Below, piece after piece: positions 43,716 through 54,796 of a stretch of 64,000 nucleotides of DNA. The translations under genes were made by a program, and so were the position numbers. The notes beneath the pieces are model-generated. The model did not search any database and was not told the DNA's origin. It was given only the letters and a program-made list of their open reading frames with translations. How positions within the stretch are numbered: the stretch's first letter is position 1; every line of letters begins with the position of its first letter. Source of the stretch: Escherichia coli (GTDB lineage: Bacteria > Pseudomonadota > Gammaproteobacteria > Enterobacterales > Enterobacteriaceae); the NCBI RefSeq assembly GCF_003018255.1, contig NZ_CP027440.1; one strand, given 5' to 3'.

Positions 43716-44435
43716 TTATTGGCAATATTGTTTCAGTAGTGAGTAGTGTTCTGCCTGAATACGGTAACGGTAAACCGGACGCCCCGTGACGCCATAATGG
43801 ATACTGGTGAACAAGATGTGGCAGTTGACCAGCCAGATGAGGTATTTACGGCAGGAAACACGCGAAATGTTAACCTCGTTAGCCAGCTCGTCGGTTGAAA
43901 ACTCATAGTCCTGATGCGCGTCAATCCACTGACACAGCGTGCGTAACGTCTGCGGCGTTAAGCCTTTTGGCAAGCGACGAGGATCCTGCTCGTTGGAGCT
44001 GCTGCCGTGGATTAGCTGATCAAGCTCGGCCTGGTCATAATACTGATGTTTTTCCAGCGCCATTTTCTTTTGCCGCCAGCCGGTGAGCGCCTCTTCAAAG
44101 CGGGAAGCCTGGAAGGGTTTGATCAGGTAATCCACGACACCGTAATGCAGCGAATCTTTAATGGTTGCCGCATCGGCTGCGGAGGAGATGACAATCACAT
44201 CACTTTTGCAACGCGCGTTATGCAGGACAGGCAGTAAATCGAGCCCGTTCTCTTTTTGCATATAGATATCGAGCAATATCAGGTCGATAGGCGTATCGCT
44301 ATTGAAGATAATCTCTTTGGCTTTCTCCAGCGTCGAAGCCGTTCCACAGCATTGAAAGCCCGGGATTTGTGCCACGTATCGGCGATTCAGCTCCGCGACC
44401 ATTGCGTCGTCATCGATAATTAATACATTGATCAT
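43716..44435 (-). CDS. dcuR: Response regulator DcuR
   Basis: 239 aa with a receiver domain (IIDDD...DIYM). It overlaps the dcuS stop. Confidence 0.95.
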   Translation of the reverse strand: MINVLIIDDDAMVAELNRRYVAQIPGFQCCGTASTLEKAKEIIFNSDTPIDLILLDIYMQKENGLDLLPVLHNARCKSDVIVISSAADAATIKDSLHYGVVDYLIKPFQASRFEEALTGWRQKKMALEKHQYYDQAELDQLIHGSSSNEQDPRRLPKGLTPQTLRTLCQWIDAHQDYEFSTDELANEVNISRVSCRKYLIWLVNCHILFTSIHYGVTGRPVYRYRIQAEHYSLLKQYCQ

Positions 44436-46063
44436 CTGTTCGACCTCTCCCCGTCCCAGGGTATCTGGACAAAAAATTGTGTGAAAATCCCGGGTTCCGA
44501 TTCCACGGCGATGCTGCCGCCGAGATTTTCTACCTGTTGTTTGACAAGTGCTAAACCGACGCCTCGCTCGCTTCCTTTTGTCGAGACACCTTTGTCAAAA
44601 ATGTGATCGATTTTGTCGGGTGCGATCCCCGGTCCATCATCGTTAACTTCGCAGTGCAGCCAGCCGTGACGGTAGTGCAATGTTACGCTAATTTCGCCAC
44701 CGGGTTCCGGTCCTAATGCCTCCAGCGCGTTTTCTATCAGATTTCCCAACGTGGTAATCAGCGTCGCGACCTGATCCTCACTACCGCTGTCTGGCAGCTG
44801 GCTTTCACTGTTTAAAATCAGCGTATGGCCTAAATCGGTCGCGCGGTTAATCTTGCTGATTAAAAAACCAGCGATAACCGGAGATTTGATCTTACCCAGC
44901 AGAGAGCCAATCTCTTCCTGATAGTTATTGGCTGTTTTGAGAATGTAATCTTCCAACTGCTTATAACTCTTCAGATGCAATAATCCGAGAATCACATGCA
45001 ATTTATTCATAAATTCGTGGGATCGTTCACGAAGTGCGTCAGCATAGTTGACCAGACCGTCGAGTCGCTGCATCAGTTTACGTACTTCAGTTTTGTCCCT
45101 GAAGGTTGAAATGGCACCGATGATAACGCCATTACTGCGCACCGGAACGGTGTTGATCAGTAATAGTCGGTCCTTAATCGTAATCTCTTCGTCGCGGCGT
45201 GGAGTACCGTCGCGTAACACTTCCGAGACATCTACCACCTGTGACCACGAGTGGCTTAGCGTCGACAGTTTCTCATCGTCCTGCGACTTACGGTAATTCA
45301 GCAATTCTTGTGCGGCATCGTTGATCAGCGTGACTTCACCGCGATCGTCCACGGCAACGACGCCTTCTTTGATAGACTGCAACATGGCCTGGCGTTGCTC
45401 AAACAGCGTGGAGATTTCGTAGGGTTCCAGGCCGAAAAGGATTTTTTTCAGTACTTTAACCAGAATGCAGGTGCCGATCAGCCCGACCAGCATGCCAAAT
45501 AATACCGACCAGATGATGCTCCAGCGACTGTCATTGATCTGTTGGGTCACGCGACTTAACTCAAGGCCGATCGCCACCACGCCAATTTGTTTATGATTTT
45601 CATCGTAGATGGGGGTAAATACGCGTAAAGCCTGCGCCAGAAAACCGCGATTGATAGCGACATTTTCTTCGCCATTCAGCGCTTTAAGGATGTCATCACC
45701 TTTAAATGGCTGACCAATACGCTGGGCTTCAGGATGCGAGTAGCGAAGACTTTGCATATCGGTAACGACAATAAACAGCAGATCGTTGCGTTTGCGCACG
45801 GCTTCCGCGATGGCCTGGATTCCACTCTCCTGTGGTTTTTTCTGCAAGCCCTGACGGATTTCCGGCGAGTCGGCGAGGGTACGCGCTACTGCCAGTGCCT
45901 TGTTAGCTAGCCCGTCTCGCGTCATATCACTGATTTGCGAGAAGTAAATCAGATGCACCACCAATAGCACCGAGAACAGTACCGCGCTGACCATTAAGAT
46001 CACTGTGGTACTCAATTTCATCGGACGTTTGCGTAACATGCGGTAGGGCAATGAATGTCTCAT
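44432..46063 (-). CDS. dcuS: C4-dicarboxylate sensor histidine kinase DcuS
   Basis: 543 aa with two TM helices, PAS domains and an HATPase C-terminus. Confidence 0.95.
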   Translation of the reverse strand: MRHSLPYRMLRKRPMKLSTTVILMVSAVLFSVLLVVHLIYFSQISDMTRDGLANKALAVARTLADSPEIRQGLQKKPQESGIQAIAEAVRKRNDLLFIVVTDMQSLRYSHPEAQRIGQPFKGDDILKALNGEENVAINRGFLAQALRVFTPIYDENHKQIGVVAIGLELSRVTQQINDSRWSIIWSVLFGMLVGLIGTCILVKVLKKILFGLEPYEISTLFEQRQAMLQSIKEGVVAVDDRGEVTLINDAAQELLNYRKSQDDEKLSTLSHSWSQVVDVSEVLRDGTPRRDEEITIKDRLLLINTVPVRSNGVIIGAISTFRDKTEVRKLMQRLDGLVNYADALRERSHEFMNKLHVILGLLHLKSYKQLEDYILKTANNYQEEIGSLLGKIKSPVIAGFLISKINRATDLGHTLILNSESQLPDSGSEDQVATLITTLGNLIENALEALGPEPGGEISVTLHYRHGWLHCEVNDDGPGIAPDKIDHIFDKGVSTKGSERGVGLALVKQQVENLGGSIAVESEPGIFTQFFVQIPWDGERSNR

Positions 46064-46242
46064 CAGCTTCCTTGTGTGACAAATTTCTTAAGCATTATCT
46101 CTGATGAGGCGGGTAATTCAAAGGGAGTAAGAATGATTGGCATATAGGGGAAGAGACTCTGGCAACGGAAACTGCCAGTGCTGTATGAAGATTCCAGGGC
46201 TATGCTTATAGTGAAAACCATACTGATGAGAGAGGGAAGGTC

Positions 46243-46473
46243 ATGGATCAGGCGCTACTGGACAGGGGTTATCGCTGTTATACCGGCGAAAAGATCGATG
46301 TCTATTTCAACACTGCGATATGTCAGCATTCTGGCAATTGCGTACGTGGCAACGGCAAGTTATTTAATCTCAAACGAAAGCCGTGGATCATGCCGGATGA
46401 AGTCGACGTCGCCACTGTGGTTAAAGTGATTGATACGTGCCCGAGCGGCGCGCTGAAATACCGTCATAAATAA
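46243..46473 (+). CDS. yjdI: YjdI, small Cys-containing protein (DUF1271-like)
   Basis: 76 aa, in K-12 synteny. Confidence 0.8.
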   Translation: MDQALLDRGYRCYTGEKIDVYFNTAICQHSGNCVRGNGKLFNLKRKPWIMPDEVDVATVVKVIDTCPSGALKYRHK

Positions 46474-46484
46474 GCGAGGGTAAA

Positions 46485-46757
46485 ATGGAAATACGCGAAG
46501 GCCACAATAAATTTTACATTAATGACGAACAGGGCAAGCAAATCGCTGAAATTGTCTTTGTGCCGACCGGAGAGAATTTAGCGATTATCGAACATACCGA
46601 TGTCGATGAAAGCCTGAAAGGGCAAGGGATTGGTAAACAGCTGGTTGCGAAAGTCGTGGAAAAAATGCGTCGGGAAAAACGAAAAATTATCCCACTATGC
46701 CCATTTGCGAAACACGAATTTGATAAAACGCGGGAGTATGATGATATTCGCAGTTGA
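46485..46757 (+). CDS. yjdJ: YjdJ, GNAT-like small acetyltransferase
   Basis: 90 aa, in K-12 synteny. Confidence 0.8.
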   Translation: MEIREGHNKFYINDEQGKQIAEIVFVPTGENLAIIEHTDVDESLKGQGIGKQLVAKVVEKMRREKRKIIPLCPFAKHEFDKTREYDDIRS

Positions 46758-46983
46758 TGGGAGAGTACAGAGTCACGATATTTTTCATGCTCTCCGCGGT
46801 GTGATGCAGGAGAGCATCTGAAGGGTAGGGGGATGCACAAAGAATGGGCAGAGAGCGCGTTTTTTTGTCCCAAGTCATCCCCTTTACTGAGCAAAAAAAA
46901 GAATATCTCCTATATGAGAATCATCAATCGGGGTTAATAAGTTTTGCGTCCCCAGAGCGTTTAATATTGATAGGAGTCATATT

Positions 46984-47280
46984 ATGGAAGGTAAAAACAA
47001 GTTCAATACTTATGTTGTTTCTTTTGATTATCCATCATCTTATTCCTCAGTGTTCTTAAGGTTAAGATCATTGATGTATGATATGAGTTTCTCCTCTATC
47101 GTGGCTGATGAATATGGGATACCACGACAACTGAATGAAAACTCCTTCGCAATAACGACATCGTTAGCCGCAAGTGAAATCGAAGATTTAATCAGGCTTA
47201 AATGCTTAGACTTACCGGATATTGACTTTGACCTCAACATTATGACAGTTGATGACTATTTCCGTCAGTTTTACAAGTAG
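46984..47280 (+). CDS. ghoS: GhoS, type V antitoxin (endoribonuclease)
   Basis: 98 aa, MEGKNKFNTYVVSFDYPSSYSSVFLRLRSLMYDM..., recognised as YjdK/GhoS. Confidence 0.9.
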   Translation: MEGKNKFNTYVVSFDYPSSYSSVFLRLRSLMYDMSFSSIVADEYGIPRQLNENSFAITTSLAASEIEDLIRLKCLDLPDIDFDLNIMTVDDYFRQFYK

Positions 47281-47307
47281 CCAGGAAGGATAAGAAGAAC
47301 ATAAAAA

Positions 47308-47481
47308 ATGGCACTATTCTCTAAAATATTAATTTTTTATGTGATTGGTGTGAACATATCCTTTGTCATTATCTGGTTTATCTCACATGAGAAAACACAT
47401 ATTCGTTTACTTAGTGCATTTCTGGTCGGAATAACCTGGCCAATGAGTCTGCCTGTGGCATTACTTTTTTCTCTCTTTTAG
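47308..47481 (+). CDS. ghoT: GhoT, small membrane-lytic toxin (below the track cutoff)
   Basis: Manual translation gives MALFSKILIFYVIGVNISFVIIWFISHEKTHIRLLSAFLVGITWPMSLPVALLFSLF (57 aa), recognised as YjdO/GhoT. Confidence 0.85.
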   Translation: MALFSKILIFYVIGVNISFVIIWFISHEKTHIRLLSAFLVGITWPMSLPVALLFSLF

Positions 47482-47556
47482 GAGCTGTAGTTGAGTGGAC
47501 CCGCTGGTTATCTTGAAACGAAGCGTCTCTCCTCAAAACTGGATTTGCGGAATGAC

Positions 47557-47586
47557 GAACGAAGCAGTCGCCTGACTGCTTCGTTC
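47557..47586. terminator. Strong hairpin between convergent ghoT and lysU
   Basis: 13-bp stem GAACGAAGCAGTC/GACTGCTTCGTTC with a 4-nt loop. There is no clear U-tract. Confidence 0.45.
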
Positions 47587-47599
47587 ATTAAAGTGAAAT

Positions 47600-49117
47600 T
47601 TATTTCAGTGGGCGCATCGCCGGGAAGAGAATAACGTCGCGAATAGTATGACTGTTTGTAAACAGCATAATCATTCGGTCGATACCAATACCCAGACCAG
47701 CGGTTGGCGGCAGACCATATTCCAGCGCAGTTACGTAATCTTCGTCATAGAACATGGCTTCGTCGTCACCTGCAGCTTTAGCGTTAACCTGTTCCTGGAA
47801 ACGTTCAGCCTGATCTTCTGCGTCGTTTAATTCGCTAAAACCATTACCAATTTCACGACCACCGATGAAGAATTCAAAACGGTCGGTGATTTCCGGGTTA
47901 ACATCATTACGGCGCGCCAGCGGTGACACTTCTGCCGGATATTCCGTGATAAAGGTTGGCTGAATCAGATGTGCTTCTGCCACTTCATCAAAGATCTCCG
48001 TGACAATGCGTCCCAACCCCCAGCTTTTCTCTACCGTAATTCCGATAGATTCAGCTAATGCTTTAGCAGCATCAAAATTATCCAGATCCGCCATATCGGT
48101 TTCTGGACGATATTTTTTGATTGCTTCGCGCATGGTGAGTTTTTCAAACGGTTTGCCGAAATCAAACACATGCTCGCCATAAGTGACTTTAGTGGTACCC
48201 AGTACCTCTTGTGCCAGAGTGCGGAACAGTGATTCCGTCAGTTCAATCAAATCGTGGTAATCCGCATACGCCATGTAGAGTTCCATCATCGTGAACTCAG
48301 GATTATGACGAACAGAAATACCTTCATTACGGAAGTTACGGTTGATTTCGAATACCCGTTCAAAACCACCTACAACCAGACGTTTCAGATATAGCTCCGG
48401 CGCGATACGCAGGTACATATCTAAATCCAGAGCGTTATGATGGGTAATAAACGGGCGAGCAGATGCTCCACCTGGAATTACCTGCATCATCGGGGTTTCT
48501 ACTTCCATAAAGCCGCGAGCGACCATGAACTGACGGATAGCGGCCAGAATTTTTGAACGGACAACAAACGTTTGACGGGATTTATCGTTAGCGATGAGGT
48601 CCAGATAACGTTGACGATAACGGACTTCCTGATCCTGCAGACCATGGAATTTATCTGGTAAAGGACGTAGTGCTTTAGTCAGCAGGCGCAGCTCAGTACA
48701 GTGAATGGAAAGCTCACCCGTTTGCGTCTTAAACAGCGTACCGCGGGCACCGATAATGTCACCCAGATCCCATTTTTTAAACTGATCGTTATAAACACCT
48801 TCTGGCAGGCTATCTCTTGCAACGTACAGTTGAATACGGCCACCGACATCCTGCAACGTTACAAAGGAGGCTTTCCCCATAATACGACGGGTCATCATTC
48901 GGCCAGCAACCGAGACTTCAATGTTTAAGGATTCCAGTTCCTGGTTATCCTTCGCATCAAACTCTTCGTGCAACTGGTCAGAGGTATGGTCGCGGCGAAA
49001 ATCATTGGGAAACGCCACACCTTGCTGACGTAGTGCCGCCAGTTTTTCGCGGCGATTTCTCAGTTCATCGTTAAAATCAATAGCCTCATTGGCTCCCCGT
49101 GTTTCTCGTTCAGACAT
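47600..49117 (-). CDS. lysU: Lysine--tRNA ligase, heat-inducible
   Basis: 505 aa from [33 protein letters not shown]. The track ORF extends 9 codons upstream. Confidence 0.95.
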   Translation of the reverse strand: MSERETRGANEAIDFNDELRNRREKLAALRQQGVAFPNDFRRDHTSDQLHEEFDAKDNQELESLNIEVSVAGRMMTRRIMGKASFVTLQDVGGRIQLYVARDSLPEGVYNDQFKKWDLGDIIGARGTLFKTQTGELSIHCTELRLLTKALRPLPDKFHGLQDQEVRYRQRYLDLIANDKSRQTFVVRSKILAAIRQFMVARGFMEVETPMMQVIPGGASARPFITHHNALDLDMYLRIAPELYLKRLVVGGFERVFEINRNFRNEGISVRHNPEFTMMELYMAYADYHDLIELTESLFRTLAQEVLGTTKVTYGEHVFDFGKPFEKLTMREAIKKYRPETDMADLDNFDAAKALAESIGITVEKSWGLGRIVTEIFDEVAEAHLIQPTFITEYPAEVSPLARRNDVNPEITDRFEFFIGGREIGNGFSELNDAEDQAERFQEQVNAKAAGDDEAMFYDEDYVTALEYGLPPTAGLGIGIDRMIMLFTNSHTIRDVILFPAMRPLK

Positions 49118-49353
49118 TTTGGTTCCTCTAAATCCAGCTTTCAATTTAGCGTAGATAAAGAGACAGATCGGTACACTGTATTATCTGCCTCGACTATTAA
49201 TAACTCAGTTTATCTTATCGAAACTAACGCTTACCTCAAGTTGATATCACTAATAAATAACCATAAAAATGGTTTAAATGACTTATTAATCTCGATTTGC
49301 TAGTGTGATAAACTGAAAGTTAATTTATTCATAACCAATTGTTTTTACGACAG

Positions 49354-50811
49354 TTAATCGTTGCTCTCCTGTATCATATTCGTCGGCGTGCTAAACAGAA
49401 AACGGGTAGCAAAGGCCAATACCACGATGATCGCGACACAAGCCAACGTCCACTCTCCCATCTGAGAAAAGAATCGCTGGTAAGCGGCAATTGCCATACC
49501 GCTAATTTGCGACTCTGTCGTCTGCTGTGCCACGACGCCTGCCAGCCAGTTGGCGACCGCGCCTGTTGCCAGCATATAAATACCGGTTAATACGCCAGAC
49601 ATTTTCAGACGCGTGATTTGCGCAATCGCCACCGGGTCAATAAAGAGTTCAGCAAAGCCCATTAGCGCCAGCCCGGATATCATCACGCCCATTGACGCTT
49701 GACCGCCAGCCGCTGCATGTCGGGCATCAAATGCCAGCAACATAAAGCCACAAGCCATCAGCAGTAGGCCAAAGGCAAACTTCAGCCAGACGCGCAATGC
49801 TGAATTGCCGCGGCTTTCTGGCGACGCCAGCCAGGCCAGAACAACCCCAGCGAGCATCACCGCAATAGCATTCACCGACTGGAATAGTGCTGTAGGTACT
49901 TCAATATTGAATGCCTGACGATTCACAAAGCGATCGATAAACAAGCTGATGGTACTGCCGCCCTGTTGTGCCAGTACCCAGAACAACGTCCCGACAAACA
50001 TCAACAATACAATTTGCCAAAGAGCACGGCGGTGTTCGGGGAATTTGATCATCATGCGGGCAATGATTTGTGCTGCAATGAGGCAAACGATCGCCAGCAA
50101 ATATCCGGACCAGTCGTTCTCCAGCAGCAGGGTAAAAAATACTGGGGCTAAACAGAGCATCACCACTAACCAGCTCCATACTGGTAAGGCAAATTTGACG
50201 CTAGTGAGCGCTTTTTTATCCATACTACGCGTGGACTGGAAATGACGATGACCACTTAAGAAAATCAACAAACCGATAAACATGCCGCCTCCCGCAAGGG
50301 CAAAGCCAACATGCCATCCATACCACTGAGCAGCCAGGCCGCAGGCGATGGGCGCGGCGATAGAACCGATATTGCCCGCAGCATATAGCAGCGAAAAACC
50401 GCCATCACGTCGATGATCGTTCTCGTCGTAGAGCTCGCCAAGCAAACAGCTGATGTTTGATTTGAATAAACCGTAGCCACAAATAATGATTGCCAGCGCC
50501 AGATACAGGCTAAAGGTTGAATTTGTATCAATGCCCAGCACCACATGGCCAAGGGTCATTAACAGCGCGCCGGCAATCACTGCAGTGCGGTTGCCGAGCA
50601 GGCGGTCGGCAAGCCAGCCGCCGAGAATAGGGGTAACGTAAACCAGAGAAGCATATGCGCTGAACAGGCTGATGGCATGGTTATCATCAAAACCAAGCTG
50701 ATGGGTGAGATAGAGAATGAGTAAGGCACGCATGCCGTAAAAACTGAAGTACTCCCAGATTTGGATCGCCACGATATAGTATATCGCGCGCGGCTGTGAG
50801 GGTGTTTTCAT
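49354..50811 (-). CDS. dtpC: Dipeptide/tripeptide:H+ symporter (POT family)
   Basis: 485 aa, in the YjdL/DtpC position. Confidence 0.9.
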   Translation of the reverse strand: MKTPSQPRAIYYIVAIQIWEYFSFYGMRALLILYLTHQLGFDDNHAISLFSAYASLVYVTPILGGWLADRLLGNRTAVIAGALLMTLGHVVLGIDTNSTFSLYLALAIIICGYGLFKSNISCLLGELYDENDHRRDGGFSLLYAAGNIGSIAAPIACGLAAQWYGWHVGFALAGGGMFIGLLIFLSGHRHFQSTRSMDKKALTSVKFALPVWSWLVVMLCLAPVFFTLLLENDWSGYLLAIVCLIAAQIIARMMIKFPEHRRALWQIVLLMFVGTLFWVLAQQGGSTISLFIDRFVNRQAFNIEVPTALFQSVNAIAVMLAGVVLAWLASPESRGNSALRVWLKFAFGLLLMACGFMLLAFDARHAAAGGQASMGVMISGLALMGFAELFIDPVAIAQITRLKMSGVLTGIYMLATGAVANWLAGVVAQQTTESQISGMAIAAYQRFFSQMGEWTLACVAIIVVLAFATRFLFSTPTNMIQESND

Positions 50812-50825
50812 GTGTTCTCCTTATG

Positions 50826-50858
50826 AGCAAAAAAGGGAAGTGGCAAGCCACTTCCCTT
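50826..50858 (-). terminator. cadBA intrinsic terminator
   Basis: AAGGGAAGTGGC..GCCACTTCCCTT followed by TTTTTGCTC on the minus strand, just after the cadA stop. Confidence 0.8.
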
Positions 50859-50869
50859 GTACGAGCTAA

Positions 50870-53017
50870 TTATTTTTTGCTTTCTTCTTTCAATACCTTA
50901 ACGGTATAGCGGCCATCAGCCTGACGGTATGCACCGTGAATATCGGTTTCAAAGCCCGGATAGTGAGCGCCGATTTCACACAGCATCTGCAGGAACTCCA
51001 GAACCGGACGGCTTTCTTCGGTGATCATTTCACCCGGCATTACCAGAGGAACTCCCGGCGGATACGGAAGGATCATATTGGCGTTAATACGACCTACCAT
51101 TTCGTCGAGGTAAACTTCTTCGGTCATACCGTGCAGCTCTTTCTGGAACGCCGCATACGGAGTCATAACCATTGTCGGCAGAACTTCAAATGCGCGATAC
51201 ATCAGATCCGGCAGATTGTGGTGAACAATCAGTTTGTGGATATTCTGAGCCAGTTCCTGAATACGCATATCTTCATAGAATTCAGGATCTTCACGATATA
51301 GAGACGGCAGCATGTTTTTCACACGCAGGTTCAGGTCGAACGCACGTTTGAAGTCAGTCAGAGCACGCAGCAGGCTCAATGCTTTGGTCTTATCAATACC
51401 GATGCTGAACAGGAACAGCAGGTTATACGGGCCGGTTTTCTCAACAACGATGCCATGTTCGTCGAGGTATTTCGCCACGATGCTGGCCGGAATACCAAAG
51501 TCGCTCATGGTGCCGTCTTTTTCCATCCCCGGGGTCAGCAGGGTGACTTTGATCGGGTCAAGATACATGTGCTCATTGTCGATGTTCTTGAAGCCGTGCC
51601 AGGAGCTGTCAGAACGCAGCGGCCAGCATTCAGTGGTATCGATATGATCCGGCTGCCATACATCAAAGAACCAGCCATCAGATTCCGTTCTCAGACGTTT
51701 GATCTCTTTACGGAACTTGATCGCACGTTCAATGGAACCGTTGATCAGACGCTTACCAGCATTACCTTTCATCATCGCCGCAGCGGTTTCAGTGGACGCC
51801 ACGATACCGTAGTGCGGAGAGGTGGTGGTGTGCATCATGTAGGCTTCGTTAAAGGTTTCTTCGTTTACGTCACCTTTAACGTGGATCATGGAAGCCTGAG
51901 AGAACGCCGCCAGCAGTTTGTGAGTGGACTGGGTTTCGTAAATCACTTTCCCTTCTACACGGCCACCGCTCATACCGCATTTACCTTCGTAAATCGGCGA
52001 GAAGTTGGTGTAAGGCACCCACGCGGAGTCAAAGTGGATGGATTTCACATCCAGCGTTTTCTTGATGAAGTCGGTGTTGTACAGCAGACCATCATAGGTA
52101 GAGTTGGTAATTACGGCATGTACCGGCCAGGTTGCGTTTGGTGTTTCTTTAACGCGCTTAGCAATGGTTGCGTGCTGGAATTCACTCTGTGGGATACCAC
52201 CAAGAATACCGTAAGCGTTACGGGTCGGGCGGAAATAGATTGGGGTAACATCGCTCATCATCATTAGGTGGGTTAGCGATTTGTGGCAGTTACGGTCAAT
52301 CAGAATGGTGCTGCCTGCCGGAGCAGAGTACATACCGACAATTTTGTTCGCAGTGGAAGTACCGTTGGTCACCATGTAGCTGCGGTCTGCGTTAAAGACG
52401 CGAGCGATATACTGTTCCGCTTCTTTGTGTGGACCGCTGTGATCCAGCAGAGAACCCAATTCAGATACTGAAATGGAAATATCAGATTTCATGGTGTTCG
52501 GACCAAAGAAATCATAGAACAGGCTACCTACCGGGCTTTTCTGGAATGCAGTACCGCCCATGTGACCAGGAGTACAGAAAGTATATTTACCTTCACGAAC
52601 ATATTTAAACAGTGCTTTGGTCAGCGGAGGCAGAATAGTGTTGATATATTCGTCAGTGGTCTGCTTGATCTTGTTAGCAATATCATCAGCAGCACCCAGC
52701 GCATATTCAAAGAAGCTAATCTGTAAACGCAGATCGTTCAGGCTTACATCGAGTGTGGAATACGTATTAGCGAACGCGTACAACGGCAGGTTCTCGTTCA
52801 TTTTGCTAATTTCTTCGCACAGCTCGAGATTATATTTATCCCAGTCAAAAATAACACCGCACAGACGCGCATTGTTTTCGATCAGTTTTAATAAGTCGTC
52901 ACGGTCATTCGGGTAAACAATCTGGAAGTTCAGACGTTCAAGCGCGCGATGAAGTTCACGGATGGGTTCTTCTTTAAAATAAACACCCATGTGATTCAAT
53001 ATTGCAATAACGTTCAT
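50870..53017 (-). CDS. cadA: Inducible lysine decarboxylase
   Basis: 715 aa from MNVIAILNHMGVYFKEEPIRELHRALE. The track ORF has a 13-codon upstream extension. Confidence 0.95.
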   Translation of the reverse strand: MNVIAILNHMGVYFKEEPIRELHRALERLNFQIVYPNDRDDLLKLIENNARLCGVIFDWDKYNLELCEEISKMNENLPLYAFANTYSTLDVSLNDLRLQISFFEYALGAADDIANKIKQTTDEYINTILPPLTKALFKYVREGKYTFCTPGHMGGTAFQKSPVGSLFYDFFGPNTMKSDISISVSELGSLLDHSGPHKEAEQYIARVFNADRSYMVTNGTSTANKIVGMYSAPAGSTILIDRNCHKSLTHLMMMSDVTPIYFRPTRNAYGILGGIPQSEFQHATIAKRVKETPNATWPVHAVITNSTYDGLLYNTDFIKKTLDVKSIHFDSAWVPYTNFSPIYEGKCGMSGGRVEGKVIYETQSTHKLLAAFSQASMIHVKGDVNEETFNEAYMMHTTTSPHYGIVASTETAAAMMKGNAGKRLINGSIERAIKFRKEIKRLRTESDGWFFDVWQPDHIDTTECWPLRSDSSWHGFKNIDNEHMYLDPIKVTLLTPGMEKDGTMSDFGIPASIVAKYLDEHGIVVEKTGPYNLLFLFSIGIDKTKALSLLRALTDFKRAFDLNLRVKNMLPSLYREDPEFYEDMRIQELAQNIHKLIVHHNLPDLMYRAFEVLPTMVMTPYAAFQKELHGMTEEVYLDEMVGRINANMILPYPPGVPLVMPGEMITEESRPVLEFLQMLCEIGAHYPGFETDIHGAYRQADGRYTVKVLKEESKK

Positions 53018-53096
53018 AGTCATATCTCCAGGTAAAAAAGGCCCCTCCCAACACATGGGACAAAATGAAAGGAGGAGCCTCGGAAAATACTTTTAA

Positions 53097-54431
53097 TTAA
53101 TGTGCGTTAGATGCTGTGTGGTTATCCATTGAGTGGCTCTGGCGCTCGTGCATTTTGCGAGCGTAGAACATCAGGATAATCAGGCTGACGATGAAGGTAC
53201 CAGCCAGCTCGAAGGAGCTTGCGCCCATCAGAGCGATGAAGCAGAACACGCAACCCAGTACAGAGCAGATCAGGCTGACAAAGTTGCGGATGTTAACGCC
53301 TTCAAAACGAATCAGGTCAACGCAAGAGTAGAAGTACGGCAGCATAGTCAGCAGTACTGCGATACCGGTCAGTTCACCGAACAGGTCAGATGCTTTACCA
53401 CCGGCAGAGTTCATCAGAGTGATGAGGATCATCAGGGCAGTCATTTTCACTGCAGCCAGCAGCAGACCTTTTTTCGGAATACCGTTGCTGTCGACTTCAC
53501 CATAAACTTTCGGGAAGTTACCGTCGTTAGCGGCACGCACACCTGCCTGGCCGACCAGCATCATCCAGGAGCCCAGAGAAGTCAGGCACGCAAAAGCGGT
53601 GAATGCAGAAACCATCGGCGCAGCCCAGTTACCCAGGATAGTAGAAGCACTGATTGCAAACGGAGCACCGGAGCCTGCCATTACAGAAGACGGATACATA
53701 CCGGAAAGAACCTGAGTCGCAGCAATGTAAACAATACCTGCTAAACCAGTCCCCAGCATGGTTGCCAGTGGAACAGTACGTTTCGGGTTTTTAACCATAC
53801 CAGTACTTACAGCTGCGGATTCCACACCCACGAAGGCCCACAGGCAGAGCAGAATACTTTTAATGATTGCATGACCATCAGTAGTACCTGCGGTATTCCA
53901 GTTAGCTGCATAAGTTGCAGCATCAAACCAATGCCAGCCAACAATAGCAGTCATAACCACAGGAATAAGAACCAGTACCAGGCCAATAGTGGTTAAACGG
54001 CTTACCCAGGTACCGCCGAGCATATTTACAAAGGTAAATACCCAGACGATAGCAATACAGGCGATACCCGCCGGAGCAGGATCATTTAATACTGGGAAGA
54101 AGGTGGAAAGATAAGATACAGCGGTAATACCAATTGCCAGGTTACCAATCCAGTTAGCATGGTAATAAAGAACACCTGTCTGAAAACCAAATGCAGGAGA
54201 AATTTCTCCGGCATACGCAATTGGGCCACCTTGTTGCGGGTTTTTTGTTGCCAGTCGGGCATATACATATGCCAGCGACATTGCACCAATAATAGAGATA
54301 ATCCAACCCCAGATAGCAATACCACCGATACTTGCTAGGTTCGCAGGTAATAATGCAATACCGCTCCCCATCATATTACCGGCAACAACACCGGTACAGG
54401 CAAATAGCCCGATCTTCTTGGCAGAACTCAT
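53097..54431 (-). CDS. cadB: Lysine:cadaverine antiporter
   Basis: 444 aa APC-family transporter upstream of cadA. Confidence 0.95.
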   Translation of the reverse strand: MSSAKKIGLFACTGVVAGNMMGSGIALLPANLASIGGIAIWGWIISIIGAMSLAYVYARLATKNPQQGGPIAYAGEISPAFGFQTGVLYYHANWIGNLAIGITAVSYLSTFFPVLNDPAPAGIACIAIVWVFTFVNMLGGTWVSRLTTIGLVLVLIPVVMTAIVGWHWFDAATYAANWNTAGTTDGHAIIKSILLCLWAFVGVESAAVSTGMVKNPKRTVPLATMLGTGLAGIVYIAATQVLSGMYPSSVMAGSGAPFAISASTILGNWAAPMVSAFTAFACLTSLGSWMMLVGQAGVRAANDGNFPKVYGEVDSNGIPKKGLLLAAVKMTALMILITLMNSAGGKASDLFGELTGIAVLLTMLPYFYSCVDLIRFEGVNIRNFVSLICSVLGCVFCFIALMGASSFELAGTFIVSLIILMFYARKMHERQSHSMDNHTASNAH

Positions 54432-54796
54432 GCTCTTCTCCTAATTTCATTTTTGAATTTGGAGTCCGGGTCATGATGTATAACTATTTCCTGACCAGAC
54501 CAAACTGGCGCTAAGATTACTCACGAAAAAAGGATTAATCCTAAAGATTAGGTGAAATAACACAAAAGTTTCTGTAAGTGAGAACTTGAGGTTTTTTATT
54601 AACACATCAGGATCGCAAGTTGATATCATGAAAAGATAAACATTCAATGTTTACAATGTGTTATGTGACATTTTCTGGTTAAATTTATGTAATAAAAATT
54701 ATGCGACAAATAAATTGCCGCAACATATTATACCAACAGGAACATACAAAAACTCAACAACAAATATTCCCGAGCATGAATCAACCCGGGAGTTAC
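54432..54796 (-). promoter_or_regulatory. cadC-cadB intergenic region containing Pcad and CadC binding sites (not mapped at nucleotide level here)
   Basis: Assigned from established organisation of the cad operon. It is a 365-bp AT-rich spacer. Confidence 0.6.

Noticed and set aside
51455-52267. Long ORFs antisense to host genes (51455..52267 in cadA, 59951..60736 in dcuA, 61887..62726 and 61275..61823 in aspA, 53133..53744 in cadB)
   Set aside because: They are antisense to genes recognised at full length and have compositionally odd translations. They are shadow ORFs.
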